From positions 20,110-84,109 of the forward strand of contig JBBIRR010000009.1 in NCBI GenBank assembly GCA_037441705.1: a DNA stretch of 64,000 bases. Direction: 5' to 3'. This document shows positions 9,766 to 19,210 of the stretch, piece by piece. Source of the stretch: Ignavibacteriales bacterium. Its GTDB lineage: Bacteria > Bacteroidota > Ignavibacteria > UBA10030 > UBA6906. The notes beneath the pieces are model-generated. The model was given only the letters and a program-made list of their open reading frames with translations. It did not search any database and had not been told where the DNA came from. The translations under genes and the position numbers were made by a program. Numbering within the stretch: the stretch's first letter is position 1; the number at the start of each line of letters is the position of its first letter.

Positions 9766-10586
9766 GCTTTACTCTCCTCGTGTGTTGGTGCCGGCTGACC
9801 GTCGTGCTTGGCCCTGGCGCGATCGAGTGCGAACAGAGCAGCGCCCAGCGCACCGATAAACGGCGAGTCATCGCTCACGTTGATCGGACAGCCGAGTTTT
9901 TCTTGCAGCGCGGCGATCATGCCTTTGTTTCTGGAGACACCACCGGTGAATGTGATCTCCGGCTCCAATCCCACGCGTCGCATCAGACTCACGGAGCGGC
10001 CGGCAATGGACTGATGAACGCCGGCCAGAATGTCTTCTCCTTTCTTTCCTTTCGAGAGATGATTCATAATCTCCGTCTCGACAAACACCGTACAGACGTT
10101 GGTGATGCGCAACGGATTGTTCGAACGCAAGGCAACATCGCCAAGCTCATCCAGCGAAATGCCCATCACTTCGGCGGCCGCAGCAAGGAACCGTCCCGTG
10201 CCTGCGGCGCACTTGTCGTTCATGCAGAAATCCACCACCTCGCCTTTTTCGTTGATGCGAATACCTTTTGTATCCTGCCCGCCGATATCGAGAATCGTTC
10301 TGGTTTTCGGAAAGAGAAAGTTTGCGCCCCGTGCATGACACGAGATCTCGGTAATCTGCGTGTCGCCGAAGGGTACTTTGTAGCGTCCATAGCCGGTGCC
10401 TACCGTGTAGGCAATCTCCCATTCCTCCAACCTCGCGGATTGCCGCGCCGCGTTGAATGCTTTCTCCGCGGCTTTCACAACATTCGCTCCCGTGTTTGTG
10501 ATGCCGCGTGCAACAATCTCGGCATTCTCGTTCAGAATGATCGCCTTGGTTTGTGTTGATCCAACATCAACGCCGGCTACTAACAT
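9762..10586 (-). CDS. bcrA: Benzoyl-CoA reductase ATPase (activator) subunit, short BcrA/BzdQ-like
   Basis: [37 protein letters not shown] and CTVF. Confidence 0.8.
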   Translation of the reverse strand: MLVAGVDVGSTQTKAIILNENAEIVARGITNTGANVVKAAEKAFNAARQSARLEEWEIAYTVGTGYGRYKVPFGDTQITEISCHARGANFLFPKTRTILDIGGQDTKGIRINEKGEVVDFCMNDKCAAGTGRFLAAAAEVMGISLDELGDVALRSNNPLRITNVCTVFVETEIMNHLSKGKKGEDILAGVHQSIAGRSVSLMRRVGLEPEITFTGGVSRNKGMIAALQEKLGCPINVSDDSPFIGALGAALFALDRARAKHDGQPAPTHEESKA

Positions 10587-10612
10587 GGCTTCCTCTGGTT
10601 ATGGCTGTGTTG

Positions 10613-10740
10613 AAATGCCAATCTTCAAAAACAAATACCAAACAAATCACAATGGCCAAGTTGCAAATTCCAGAGCAGTTGAGATTTCGTATTTGACACC
10701 TGGAGCTTGTTTGTAGTTGGGATTTTGTGATTTGGAATGT
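10613..10740. repeat. Heptamer-periodic palindromic element (copy 4, both arms)
   Basis: aaatgccaatcttcaaaaacaaataccaaacaaatcacaa, followed by tggagcttgtttgtagttgggattttgtgatttggaa. Confidence 0.8.
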
Positions 10741-10745
10741 GTTTT

Positions 10746-12005
10746 TCAAGCTTGTACAACTCTCTTGTGTTCCAGCGACTCGAAGAACGCATCAATCCTG
10801 TTTCTCAGCTGCGCCGTTTGAAAATACCGCGGGTCGGCAAGGTCGCTTTCGATTAGCAGCGTCGGGATGTTCCACTTGCGTATGAATTGCTCGCGCATAT
10901 CTGCCTGACCGACGGAGAACGAGCGGCATGACTTGACTGAATGGATGACGATCGCGTCTGCGTCGTACTCCTCAGCGTAAGAACGCAGTAAGTCGGTGCG
11001 CATCGGAAGATTGAGGTTCGTGTAGCACGTCAAACAATAGTCGGCAATGCTCTCCAGCGGTCGCGACGGATCGTGCCGGAAGCCGTGATCCCAGAACCCG
11101 CCCACTTTGGAGTAGCTTGACGCCACAGCGCACACGCCCCATTTCTTGAGCAGCTCCCAGAAAGAACGGAAGTGCGGCCACGGCGGCGGACCTTCGATGA
11201 CCACTCTGAACTTCTCCTCGGGAATCGGACCGATGCCATGCTCGATACGTTCTTCGATTTCGTTCAGGGCTTGCCGGTAGTAGTCCGTGCACTCCGGAAG
11301 GCCGCGCAGCACATAAATCGGCGCCATGAAGAAGACCGCCTCGAAGTAGGAATCGAACGGCGACGGCTTGTGCTTAGCAGAATGGAGAATCTTCACCCAC
11401 ATATCCTCGGCCTCAGCCGCATGCCTTGTAATCTCGACGAGCCTGTCGTGATCGTATTTCTTACCCGTGATCCTCTCGCAGATGACCGCAAGTTCTTTGA
11501 GTTGTTCGACAATGTACTGCCGATCTTCCTCTTCAATCTCGCCGGAGCGAAGGTATGGCACATCAAGCATCACGAGCGGCACATCGTAGTAGTGTGCGAG
11601 CGCCTCGAACCATTTGATGAACGTCGTGCATCCGCAATAGGTACAGAGCAGGAGGTCGGGCTTGGGAATCGTTGTGCCCGAGGGACCGACATTCCCGGCT
11701 AACATCATGCCTATATCGTTCTTGACATAGCCGCACACGTCGGGCGAATAGCCGACATCCTCCGCCTTGAGAATGAGATTGCCGGACATCTTGCGCACGC
11801 CACATTGCAGCGCGTTCACCTCCGGAAACACTAACTCGAAGTCGAACACGCGCAGAAACTCCGCGATGTTTCCCGGAACGAAGAGGTAAGCAACCTTCCG
11901 TCCGTCATCTTTCGCCGATTGCAGTCGGTTGTACCATGCCGTGAGAAGCTGCTTCTGGTATTCCCGGCCGATGCCCTGGTATTGGAACTTGTCTTCCGTT
12001 GCCAT
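10746..12005 (-). CDS. bcrB: Benzoyl-CoA reductase subunit B
   Basis: FVPGNIAE, PEVNALQ, DVCGYVKND, CTTFIKWF, HSVKSCRSFS and ESDLADPRYF (Thauera BcrB-like). Confidence 0.9.
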   Translation of the reverse strand: MATEDKFQYQGIGREYQKQLLTAWYNRLQSAKDDGRKVAYLFVPGNIAEFLRVFDFELVFPEVNALQCGVRKMSGNLILKAEDVGYSPDVCGYVKNDIGMMLAGNVGPSGTTIPKPDLLLCTYCGCTTFIKWFEALAHYYDVPLVMLDVPYLRSGEIEEEDRQYIVEQLKELAVICERITGKKYDHDRLVEITRHAAEAEDMWVKILHSAKHKPSPFDSYFEAVFFMAPIYVLRGLPECTDYYRQALNEIEERIEHGIGPIPEEKFRVVIEGPPPWPHFRSFWELLKKWGVCAVASSYSKVGGFWDHGFRHDPSRPLESIADYCLTCYTNLNLPMRTDLLRSYAEEYDADAIVIHSVKSCRSFSVGQADMREQFIRKWNIPTLLIESDLADPRYFQTAQLRNRIDAFFESLEHKRVVQA

Positions 12006-12019
12006 AGATGGATGCCTTA

Positions 12020-12598
12020 TTAGCTTCGGGCTTGAAATGTGATGACGTAGTCGATGTCCCGAACCGTGATCTTACCATCACCGTCCAAGTCAGCCGCGTC
12101 AAGGGTTCCGGCACACCTGTGACAGTGCCAGATAGTCTTGAGATACTTCTTCTCGAGCAACTTCGGAATCATATCATAGTACTTTTTTTCAGCCTTGAGC
12201 CGGCGACGGTAGAACTCATAGAGACCGAGATCGCCCTTGGCGCTATTACACGATCTGCACGCCCACACTTGATTATGAATCTGTTGAACGTGTTCACAAG
12301 CAGAACATTTCTCATTGATGGCAATCGATTTTGGAACAATGTGTTCCTGTGAAAGCTGTTCAGTTGAACCGCAATAGATGCAGGTTCTATCGTTTTGAAC
12401 GAATTGCCAGTCCTCACGAGTAATGTCGGACCATTTCGTCGCTCCTTCTTTCAACTCTCTGAATTTCTTCTTGATGAACCCGTAGTGAGCTTGCTTTGCC
12501 GCCTTGCCGTCAGGTACATTCATAGCGCTTTTCGCTATGATCTTTGCATACTGATAGAAGATGAGTTGCTCAATAGTCTGCACTTCACGATCGGGCAT
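12020..12598 (-). CDS. HNH endonuclease family protein with C-terminal EF-hand/dockerin-like loop
   Basis: CIYCG...EHIVPK...N...ACRSCNSAKG; C-terminal DLDGDGKITVRDID. Confidence 0.8.
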   Translation of the reverse strand: MPDREVQTIEQLIFYQYAKIIAKSAMNVPDGKAAKQAHYGFIKKKFRELKEGATKWSDITREDWQFVQNDRTCIYCGSTEQLSQEHIVPKSIAINEKCSACEHVQQIHNQVWACRSCNSAKGDLGLYEFYRRRLKAEKKYYDMIPKLLEKKYLKTIWHCHRCAGTLDAADLDGDGKITVRDIDYVITFQARS

Positions 12599-12611
12599 TT
12601 CGGCGCACCTG

Positions 12612-13769
12612 CTACGAAAAGAACATCACCGACTCCACGAACGTCTCGACCTGCGTCCTGATTGACTCGAACACGCCCATTTTCTCTTCGTACTCGAACG
12701 AGAGGTAGGCGATCCCCTGCTTTTCGCACTCGTCCTTGAGCACAACATAGTCCAGCAGCGCAGGCTCGCAGAACTTCGGCGCTGCAAAGATAACCCCGTC
12801 GATTTTTCCCGAGCGAACCTTTTGGACAAACTGTTCCTTGCGCGATGTGTTGCCGTAGTGCCGTACGGACGAGTACCGACTGTTGCGGATGTAGTGTTCC
12901 GATAACGCAAGCAGCGGATCGCCGTTGACGTGCACGTTTCCTTGAAACCAGCGTGTATGCAGCAACAGGTCGTCATCCACGATGTAGCAACCTGCCTCCT
13001 CAAGCACCTGCAACAACTCCAGCGGCGGTTGCTCGCAGAAGCTGCCTTCAATCATCACTCTCATATAGTCGCGGGGCTGGCGGTTGCGCTGCTTGATGAG
13101 CGGAATGACTTCCTCAAGTATCCTGTTGTGTTCTTCGACCGGAATCAACGTGCCGATGCGCGTGAGGATGTACGCTTCGTACGTCGCGAGCAGCCAGGGC
13201 GTCGCTCGCTTGATCGCGTACAACTCGGCGCAGAGCGCCCTGTTTCGGTTGTACACCGTGATGCTGTTGAGAAGGTCGGCGTCTGAAACGTTCCTGTTTG
13301 CCAGTTGTTCAAGGCCGGTCAGCAACTTCCGCAGCTCCGTTCGATAGTGCGTCACTGCCGAGGGCGAGTTCATGTTCTGCGGAAAATGGATGTACGAAAC
13401 GTGCTGCTGCGGGAAGTTCGTTCTCCACACACCCGAAAGGTTCCGGGCAACGTCGCAGATGGACGTGAACCAGAGCGCATCGAAGTCCTTCGCCATGTCC
13501 CGGAGTCCGAGTTCAAGCGTCGAGCGAGCGATGGAACAGACAAACGACTGGATGCGCGAGTCGGCGTGATCAATTTCGATCTTCCCGCCGGCGCCAAACA
13601 ACCCGACAGGCAACATTCCGGCCGCATGGGGAAGCTCGTACGGTGTGTACACCGGGAACATCCCCACAACCTTTCCGCCTGGATGGTTTGACTTCCACTC
13701 CTTTACTGTGGGAAAGGATACATCATCGATGATCTGGCGATATTGTTCGATTCGATCGTCAAATGTCAT
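12612..13769 (-). CDS. bcrC: Benzoyl-CoA reductase subunit C
   Basis: PVYTPYELPHAAGMLP, QSFVCSIARSTLE, SICDVARNLSG, GSFCEQPP and KFCEPAL; start MTFDDR at 13769. Confidence 0.9.
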   Translation of the reverse strand: MTFDDRIEQYRQIIDDVSFPTVKEWKSNHPGGKVVGMFPVYTPYELPHAAGMLPVGLFGAGGKIEIDHADSRIQSFVCSIARSTLELGLRDMAKDFDALWFTSICDVARNLSGVWRTNFPQQHVSYIHFPQNMNSPSAVTHYRTELRKLLTGLEQLANRNVSDADLLNSITVYNRNRALCAELYAIKRATPWLLATYEAYILTRIGTLIPVEEHNRILEEVIPLIKQRNRQPRDYMRVMIEGSFCEQPPLELLQVLEEAGCYIVDDDLLLHTRWFQGNVHVNGDPLLALSEHYIRNSRYSSVRHYGNTSRKEQFVQKVRSGKIDGVIFAAPKFCEPALLDYVVLKDECEKQGIAYLSFEYEEKMGVFESIRTQVETFVESVMFFS

Positions 13770-13784
13770 AGTTAAACCTTGTTT

Positions 13785-13863
13785 CAAATCCCAAATGGTT
13801 GGAGCTTGTGTTTTGAACTTTCAGATTTGTTTGTGATTTGGGATTTGAGCATTGGAGTTTGTT
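13785..13863. repeat. Heptamer-periodic element (copy 5, mostly right arm)
   Basis: caaatcccaaat, followed by tcagatttgtttgtgatttgggatttgagcattggagttt. Confidence 0.75.
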
Positions 13864-13864
13864 C

Positions 13865-14635
13865 CTATTTGTTTTTCCACACGGGCGTTCGCTTCTCCAG
13901 AAACGCGTTCAGTCCTTCGTGTGCATCTTCCGTCTTCATCATCTCACCCATGTACAACTCCTCCGCTTTGCTGATGGCTTCCATGCACGGAGAGTACAAC
14001 CCACGGTCAATCGCTCGTTTTGTCATTTGCAGGATAACTTTGCTCTGGGCCGTCAACTTCGCAACGAACTGATTCACGTGTTCTTCAAAGCCTTCGGCTG
14101 GGAACACTTTGTTGATCAGCCCGATACGCTCGGCTTCCGTTGCCGAGATGGTATCGCCCGTCATCAACAGTTCCATCGTTCTATTGCGGCGGATGAGCCG
14201 AGGAAAGATCGCCGCGGCAATCGGAGGAAACACGCCGACTTTAATTTCAGGCTGACCGAATTTCGCCCGCTCGGAGGCAACGACCATGTCGCAGTAGATT
14301 GCCAGCTCGCATCCACCGCCGAGGGCAGCGCCATCAACAGCGGCGATCACGGGAATCTTGAAGCCGTGCAGCAACTCAAACGTTCGATGAAACTCGCTCA
14401 TCATCTCATCCACCTTGTCTGGAGTGTGGTCGGCAACGTCAACACCTGCTGAGAACGCCTTCCCCTCGGCTTTGATGAGAAGGACTTTCGCTGCCCCGTT
14501 CTTCTGCAACTCTGCGAGACCTGTGTTGATCTCCTTTATCATGGCGATGTTCATGACATTGAGAGGCGGACGGCTGAGCACGAGAGCGGCGACCTCGTCC
14601 TGACAGCTCACCTTGATGAACTGGTAAGCTTTCAT
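13865..14635 (-). CDS. dch: Cyclohexa-1,5-diene-1-carbonyl-CoA hydratase (crotonase family)
   Basis: RPPLNV, FSAGVDVADH, ALGGGCE and FGQPEIKVGVFPP; start at 14635 overlaps the upstream stop. Confidence 0.82.
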   Translation of the reverse strand: MKAYQFIKVSCQDEVAALVLSRPPLNVMNIAMIKEINTGLAELQKNGAAKVLLIKAEGKAFSAGVDVADHTPDKVDEMMSEFHRTFELLHGFKIPVIAAVDGAALGGGCELAIYCDMVVASERAKFGQPEIKVGVFPPIAAAIFPRLIRRNRTMELLMTGDTISATEAERIGLINKVFPAEGFEEHVNQFVAKLTAQSKVILQMTKRAIDRGLYSPCMEAISKAEELYMGEMMKTEDAHEGLNAFLEKRTPVWKNK

Positions 14636-15093
14636 GTGCGGTCCTCTTTGAACGGCAGACATGAGTTCTTCAGTATCGGTTTCACGCGGGCAATCTGCTC
14701 CTCGTCCGTACCGACCGGATGAAACCACTCGTCTCCAACCTTCGTGAGCCCCACCATCACGTTTGCGCTCAGGCGCACAGCTTCCATCGAGAGATCGACC
14801 ATGTGCGTGCAGCCCTCGGCGTGTCCGAGTGCGTCGGCGATTTTCCTGTTGATTCCGCGTTCAATCTTCAAACCGACGAGCTTGTTGATGTTGGGAAGCG
14901 TGAGCTGGCAAAGTCCGTACGGGACCTTCACCATCCGCGCCTCTGCGCCGATAATCATTTCTGATCTGAGGTCGATCGTCAGCTCAACACGGATGTGGTG
15001 ATTGAGATCAAGCATGGAGGCACGCGTTACAATCTCGTGCTCGTTCTGCCGGGAGACGGCGATGTTGATATTTCGTTCGTAGATTTCAGACAT
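14632..15093 (-). CDS. DUF2889 domain protein
   Basis: PYGLC...LVGLKI..G...LG..EGCTHM.DL pattern. Confidence 0.7.
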   Translation of the reverse strand: MSEIYERNINIAVSRQNEHEIVTRASMLDLNHHIRVELTIDLRSEMIIGAEARMVKVPYGLCQLTLPNINKLVGLKIERGINRKIADALGHAEGCTHMVDLSMEAVRLSANVMVGLTKVGDEWFHPVGTDEEQIARVKPILKNSCLPFKEDRT

Positions 15094-15100
15094 CAGCGGT

Positions 15101-15226
15101 CAAACTTCCAAACTTCAATTCCCACATTCCGAACAACTCTCAATAACCAATATCCAACCGGCTCTTGGAGTTGGGATTTGAGAATTCGAGTTTGTTTGTA
15201 TTTTGTCATTTGTGATTTGGAATCTT
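15101..15226. repeat. Heptamer-periodic palindromic element (copy 6, both arms)
   Basis: aacttccaaacttcaattccc..., followed by ttggagttgggatttgagaattcgagtttgtttgtattttgtcatttgtgatttggaa. Confidence 0.75.
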
Positions 15227-15227
15227 G

Positions 15228-15980
15228 TCATATGTACTGTCCCCCATCCACCTTCAACACTTCGCCCGTGATGTGCTTCGCCCTGTCGGACACGAGGAAG
15301 ACGACCGCGTTTGCAACATCCTCGGGCTGGCCGAACCGGCCCAGAACGATCTCGGCGACGGATTGCTGCTTCACCTCGTCGGACAATACCGCAGTCATGT
15401 CTGTCTCGATCATGCCGGGCGCGATGGCATTCACATTGACATTCGACCTGCCAAGCTCTTTCGCCACCGTCTTCGTCAAAGCGATGACCCCGGCCTTCGA
15501 TGCTGCGTAGTTCGCCTGGCCGAACTTCCCGCGCATGCCGTTGATCGAAGCGATGTTGACAATCTTACCGGACTTCTGTTCTCGAAACACGGGACTTGCC
15601 GCACGAATATAGTTGAAGCATCCTTTCAGATTCACATCAATCACCGCATCCCACTGTTCCTCCGTCATCTTCCAGACAACTCCGTCACGGGTGATGCCGG
15701 CGTTGTTCACCAAGATGTCGAGTCGTCCGAACTCGGCGAGTACACGCCCTACAACAGCTTCGGCTTCAGCATAGACTGAGACATCGGACTCGATTGCGAT
15801 ACATTTCCTCCCGATTCTCTTGACCTCATTAACAACATCTTCTTCTTCGCCGGCTCGATTGCGATAGCCTTTGAACGTGAACGCTACATCAGCTCCTTCG
15901 CGAGCAAGAGCCAACACGATCGCCCTGCCAATCCCAAGCGAGCCACCCGTGACCAGTGCGACTTTCTCTCTCAGTTCCAT
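15228..15980 (-). CDS. fabG: FabG-like short-chain dehydrogenase (candidate 3-oxo/3-hydroxypimeloyl-CoA oxidoreductase)
   Basis: TGGSLGIG, NNAGITRD, catalytic YAASK and VDGG. Confidence 0.75.
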   Translation of the reverse strand: MELREKVALVTGGSLGIGRAIVLALAREGADVAFTFKGYRNRAGEEEDVVNEVKRIGRKCIAIESDVSVYAEAEAVVGRVLAEFGRLDILVNNAGITRDGVVWKMTEEQWDAVIDVNLKGCFNYIRAASPVFREQKSGKIVNIASINGMRGKFGQANYAASKAGVIALTKTVAKELGRSNVNVNAIAPGMIETDMTAVLSDEVKQQSVAEIVLGRFGQPEDVANAVVFLVSDRAKHITGEVLKVDGGQYI

Positions 15981-16009
15981 CCAACCATTTTACAGATAGT
16001 GAAAAACAG

Positions 16010-16075
16010 GTGTTTGTTTTTGGATTGTGGAGATTGGAACTTGTTTGTGATTTGAAACTTGACATTTCGCATTTC
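16010..16075. repeat. Heptamer-periodic element (copy 7, right arm only)
   Basis: ttggattgtggagattggaacttgtttgtgatttgaaacttgacatttcgcattt. Confidence 0.75.
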
Positions 16076-16082
16076 AGGACAT

Positions 16083-17210
16083 TCATTTTGGTTTCGGTAG
16101 CACTTCTTCCATCAGCGCATCATCCAGCGCATGGCCTTCTGCTAACAACTGTCTGTACTTTACGAAGTCAATCACATCCTTACCTGTTTGCTTGCGCGCG
16201 TTGAACGCGGAAAAGCCGAGGAACGCCTCGCCCATCATGTTCGCCGCGAGCCAGTGGCGGTTCGGCAGCTTCGTCTGATCCCAGAAGAATTTCTTCTTTG
16301 CTCGAATGCCGTCAATTGACTTGATGAGACATCCGGGGAACAGATTGGTAAATCGCCAGATGATGGCGTTGACTTCCTTATCCAGCAGCGTGAAGTCGAT
16401 CTGCGCCGCTTCGACTTCCTCGCGGGCGCGCGTCGCCTCATCGCCCTGAACGAATTCGCCGTACACGATTTCACCGTCTCTCACGTATGTATCGGTGATG
16501 ACCAGAGGATTTCGTTTGAAGCCTGTTGCCGTCTTGATCACCGGCACGACTTTGCTGATGAGTCCGAGACGCTTCATTTTGTACGCGCTCCAGACTTCGC
16601 ACGAGACGCAGTTCCACATTGCATCTTCGATGTTGAGGAAGAGAGGCAAGAAATCCGTCGAGCCGCCATCGGGGGCGGAACCATGACGAGGCCCCGCCTG
16701 GCCGAAGACCGCAAGGTCGGACGAGATCGTGATGTCGGTCGCCATGCCGATCTCCTGTCCGCCGGCAACCCGCATGCCGTTGACGCGGCAGATCGTCGGC
16801 TTCTTGCAATTCAGAATAGCGTCAACCATGGCGTTGAAGAGATCCATGTACGCACCGTATTCTGTTGGGCGGCGCGAATAGTATTCGGCGTACTCTTTGG
16901 TATTACCGCCGGTACAGAACGCTTTATCGCCCACAGCGGTAAAGACGACAGCGACAACGCGACGATCCATGGACGCTTTGTGGAAGCCCGCAATCACTCC
17001 CTTCACCATCTGTGTCGTGTACGAGTTGTACTGCTTCGGATTGTTGAGCGTGATCCAGGCGGAGAAGAGTCCATCAACCGGCTGTCCCGTGTCGTCCACG
17101 ATCGGCTTCAACTCATACATCGTGGAGGGCGCCTCGGTGCCGAAGTACTGGCAATCAAACAACTCGTGGTCTTTCAACTCGCTGTCGCGCGGAAGCCAAT
17201 CGAGACTCAT
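16083..17210 (-). CDS. oah: 6-oxocyclohex-1-ene-1-carbonyl-CoA hydrolase (ring opening; Oah/BamA)
   Basis: LNNPKQYNSYTT, AFCTGGNTKEYAEYY, GGQEIGMA and GQAGPRHGSAPDGGSTDFLP. Confidence 0.95.
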   Translation of the reverse strand: MSLDWLPRDSELKDHELFDCQYFGTEAPSTMYELKPIVDDTGQPVDGLFSAWITLNNPKQYNSYTTQMVKGVIAGFHKASMDRRVVAVVFTAVGDKAFCTGGNTKEYAEYYSRRPTEYGAYMDLFNAMVDAILNCKKPTICRVNGMRVAGGQEIGMATDITISSDLAVFGQAGPRHGSAPDGGSTDFLPLFLNIEDAMWNCVSCEVWSAYKMKRLGLISKVVPVIKTATGFKRNPLVITDTYVRDGEIVYGEFVQGDEATRAREEVEAAQIDFTLLDKEVNAIIWRFTNLFPGCLIKSIDGIRAKKKFFWDQTKLPNRHWLAANMMGEAFLGFSAFNARKQTGKDVIDFVKYRQLLAEGHALDDALMEEVLPKPK

Positions 17211-18460
17211 GTGGGTGTCCTTTGTAACTGGCCGTTGATCAATTCCGTTTCGATGAAGGTCTTCAGTTCTTCGTCGGTGAGAAGTCTGTTCGAGTGCTTG
17301 GCATAGTCGAAGATGTGCTGGGCAAGCCCGTTGTACTGCTCGTAGCCGTGCTGCTTCAGCCAGAAGAGGACGTTGGACACGCCCGACAGCGGGCCGATCT
17401 CGATCTTCTGCGTGCGTCCAACCATGCTCGCAGGAACGCCCGAGTAGACCATGTCTGCCAGACAGTTGTCACCGGTGTTGATGGCCTTGATGACGGCCGC
17501 AGCGTGGACGCCGGTGGCCGTACGGAACGCGTCGGGTCCGATTACGGGATAGTTGAACGGAATCGGCACATGCGTCGCTTCGGAAACGAGCTGGCAGTAC
17601 TCGTTCAGCTTGCTCAGATCATTATCAATGATCCCCCACATCTTCAGATTGACCAGGAGAAGATCCATCGAAGTATTGCCGCAACGCTCGCCGATGCCGA
17701 GCGCGCAGCCGTGCACACGATCCACGCCCGCGCGGATGGCAGCAAGCGCCGCCGCCAGCGCAAACCCCCGATCGTTGTGCCCGTGCCAGTCAATCTTTAC
17801 GTCCTCACCCGTGTTTTCGATGACATCCTTGACGAAGCGTACAAGGTTGATCGCTCCTGTTCTGGTGCAGTGTCCGACGGTGTCAGCGATGACAACACGC
17901 GATGCACCGCAGTTGACTGCCGCGGTGTAGAGCTTCTCGATGTCATCAGGATGCGCACGTGTCGTGTCTTCCGTTACGTACATGCTGGGCAGATTGTGCG
18001 CAACGACGTACTCGACTGCGGTCTCCGTGAGTTTAAGGACGGTGTCGATCGTCCATCCTTCCACATACTGTCGGATGGGACTCGAGCCGACGAAGGTAGC
18101 CACTTCGATCGGGATACCCGCCTTTTGCGAAATGTCAATCACCGGGTCAATGTCGGCAATGACCGTGCGCGCCGCGCAGTTCGGCATGATCTTCATCTTG
18201 CATCGGGCAATCTCCTTTGCAAGCTCCAGCGTATCGTTGTAGGCTCTCGGCCCGGCACCGGGCAAACCAATGTTCGCAGCATGAATACCAAGGTCCTCCA
18301 TCAGATGAAGAATTTTGATCTTCTGATCGATGGTGGGATCGGTCACGGACGGCGATTGGAGGCCATCGCGCAATGTCTCGTCGTCGAACTGAATGTGCAC
18401 GACGCCTTTGAGGTCCGCTATTCCGCCCCGGTTCCAGTCGTAAATCAGATCATGAGGCAT
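17207..18460 (-). CDS. leuA: LeuA/homocitrate synthase family (DRE-TIM) acyltransferase without C-terminal regulatory domain
   Basis: DETLRDGLQ, EDTTRA, DTVG, HGHNDRG, GIGERCGN and GVHAAA; 417 aa. Confidence 0.85.
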   Translation of the reverse strand: MPHDLIYDWNRGGIADLKGVVHIQFDDETLRDGLQSPSVTDPTIDQKIKILHLMEDLGIHAANIGLPGAGPRAYNDTLELAKEIARCKMKIMPNCAARTVIADIDPVIDISQKAGIPIEVATFVGSSPIRQYVEGWTIDTVLKLTETAVEYVVAHNLPSMYVTEDTTRAHPDDIEKLYTAAVNCGASRVVIADTVGHCTRTGAINLVRFVKDVIENTGEDVKIDWHGHNDRGFALAAALAAIRAGVDRVHGCALGIGERCGNTSMDLLLVNLKMWGIIDNDLSKLNEYCQLVSEATHVPIPFNYPVIGPDAFRTATGVHAAAVIKAINTGDNCLADMVYSGVPASMVGRTQKIEIGPLSGVSNVLFWLKQHGYEQYNGLAQHIFDYAKHSNRLLTDEELKTFIETELINGQLQRTPT

Positions 18461-18573
18461 AGCTGTATCCTTTCACATTCGTTGTAGGTCATTGCTTGCC
18501 GAGGTCATTGTTCAATGCGAGAGAAATCGAACTCCAAGCTGTGTTCTGACGTGTCGCGAACCTGCTTCATTTT

Positions 18574-19122
18574 CTACCATCGTACTTTGGGCGGCGGACT
18601 AACAAGATCCTCGTCGTGATGTCGTTCCCTTCTTTCCGCAATCCGCTTCCTGGCAAACTCCACCATCCCCCCGGCGTTGATGATTTGTTGAATGATTTCC
18701 GGGAAGGGCGGAGTCTTGTACGATTTTTTCTTTGTCACATTCGTAATGGTTCCAGTAGAGAGATCAACGCTGATTTCATCGCCGGTTGCGGCATCATCCA
18801 CTGCTTCAGGGGATTCGAGAATCGGAAGTCCGATGTTGATGGAGTTGCGGTAGAAGATGCGTGCGAACGATTTTGCGATGACACACGAAACACCGGCGCC
18901 TTTGATGGCTATCGGAGCGTTCTCGCGAGAACTCCCGCAGCCGAAGTTTCGTCCGGCAACGATGATGTCGCCTTTCTTCACCTTCTTCACAAACTCCGGA
19001 TCGAGATCTTCAAGCGCGTGCGGGGCAAGCAGTTCTTCCGTGAATGCCGTACAGTATCGTGCCGGAATAATGACGTCGGTGTCGATGTTGTCGCCGTATT
19101 TATGAACTCGCCCCTGCAGCAT
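18574..19122 (-). CDS. leuD: 3-isopropylmalate dehydratase/homoaconitase small subunit (LeuD/HacB type)
   Basis: [25 protein letters not shown] and [16 protein letters not shown]. Confidence 0.9.
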   Translation of the reverse strand: MLQGRVHKYGDNIDTDVIIPARYCTAFTEELLAPHALEDLDPEFVKKVKKGDIIVAGRNFGCGSSRENAPIAIKGAGVSCVIAKSFARIFYRNSINIGLPILESPEAVDDAATGDEISVDLSTGTITNVTKKKSYKTPPFPEIIQQIINAGGMVEFARKRIAERRERHHDEDLVSPPPKVRW

Positions 19123-19149
19123 AGACTCGCCTTGTGTGTTTGGTCAACA

Positions 19150-19210
19150 GGATTTGCAATTTGTTTATTGGAACTTCTTTGAGATTTGCCATTTGGTTGT
19201 TGGGGATTTT
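19150..19210. repeat. Heptamer-periodic element (copy 8, right arm only)
   Basis: gatttgcaatttgtttattggaacttctttgagatttgccatttggttgttggggatttt. Confidence 0.75.
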
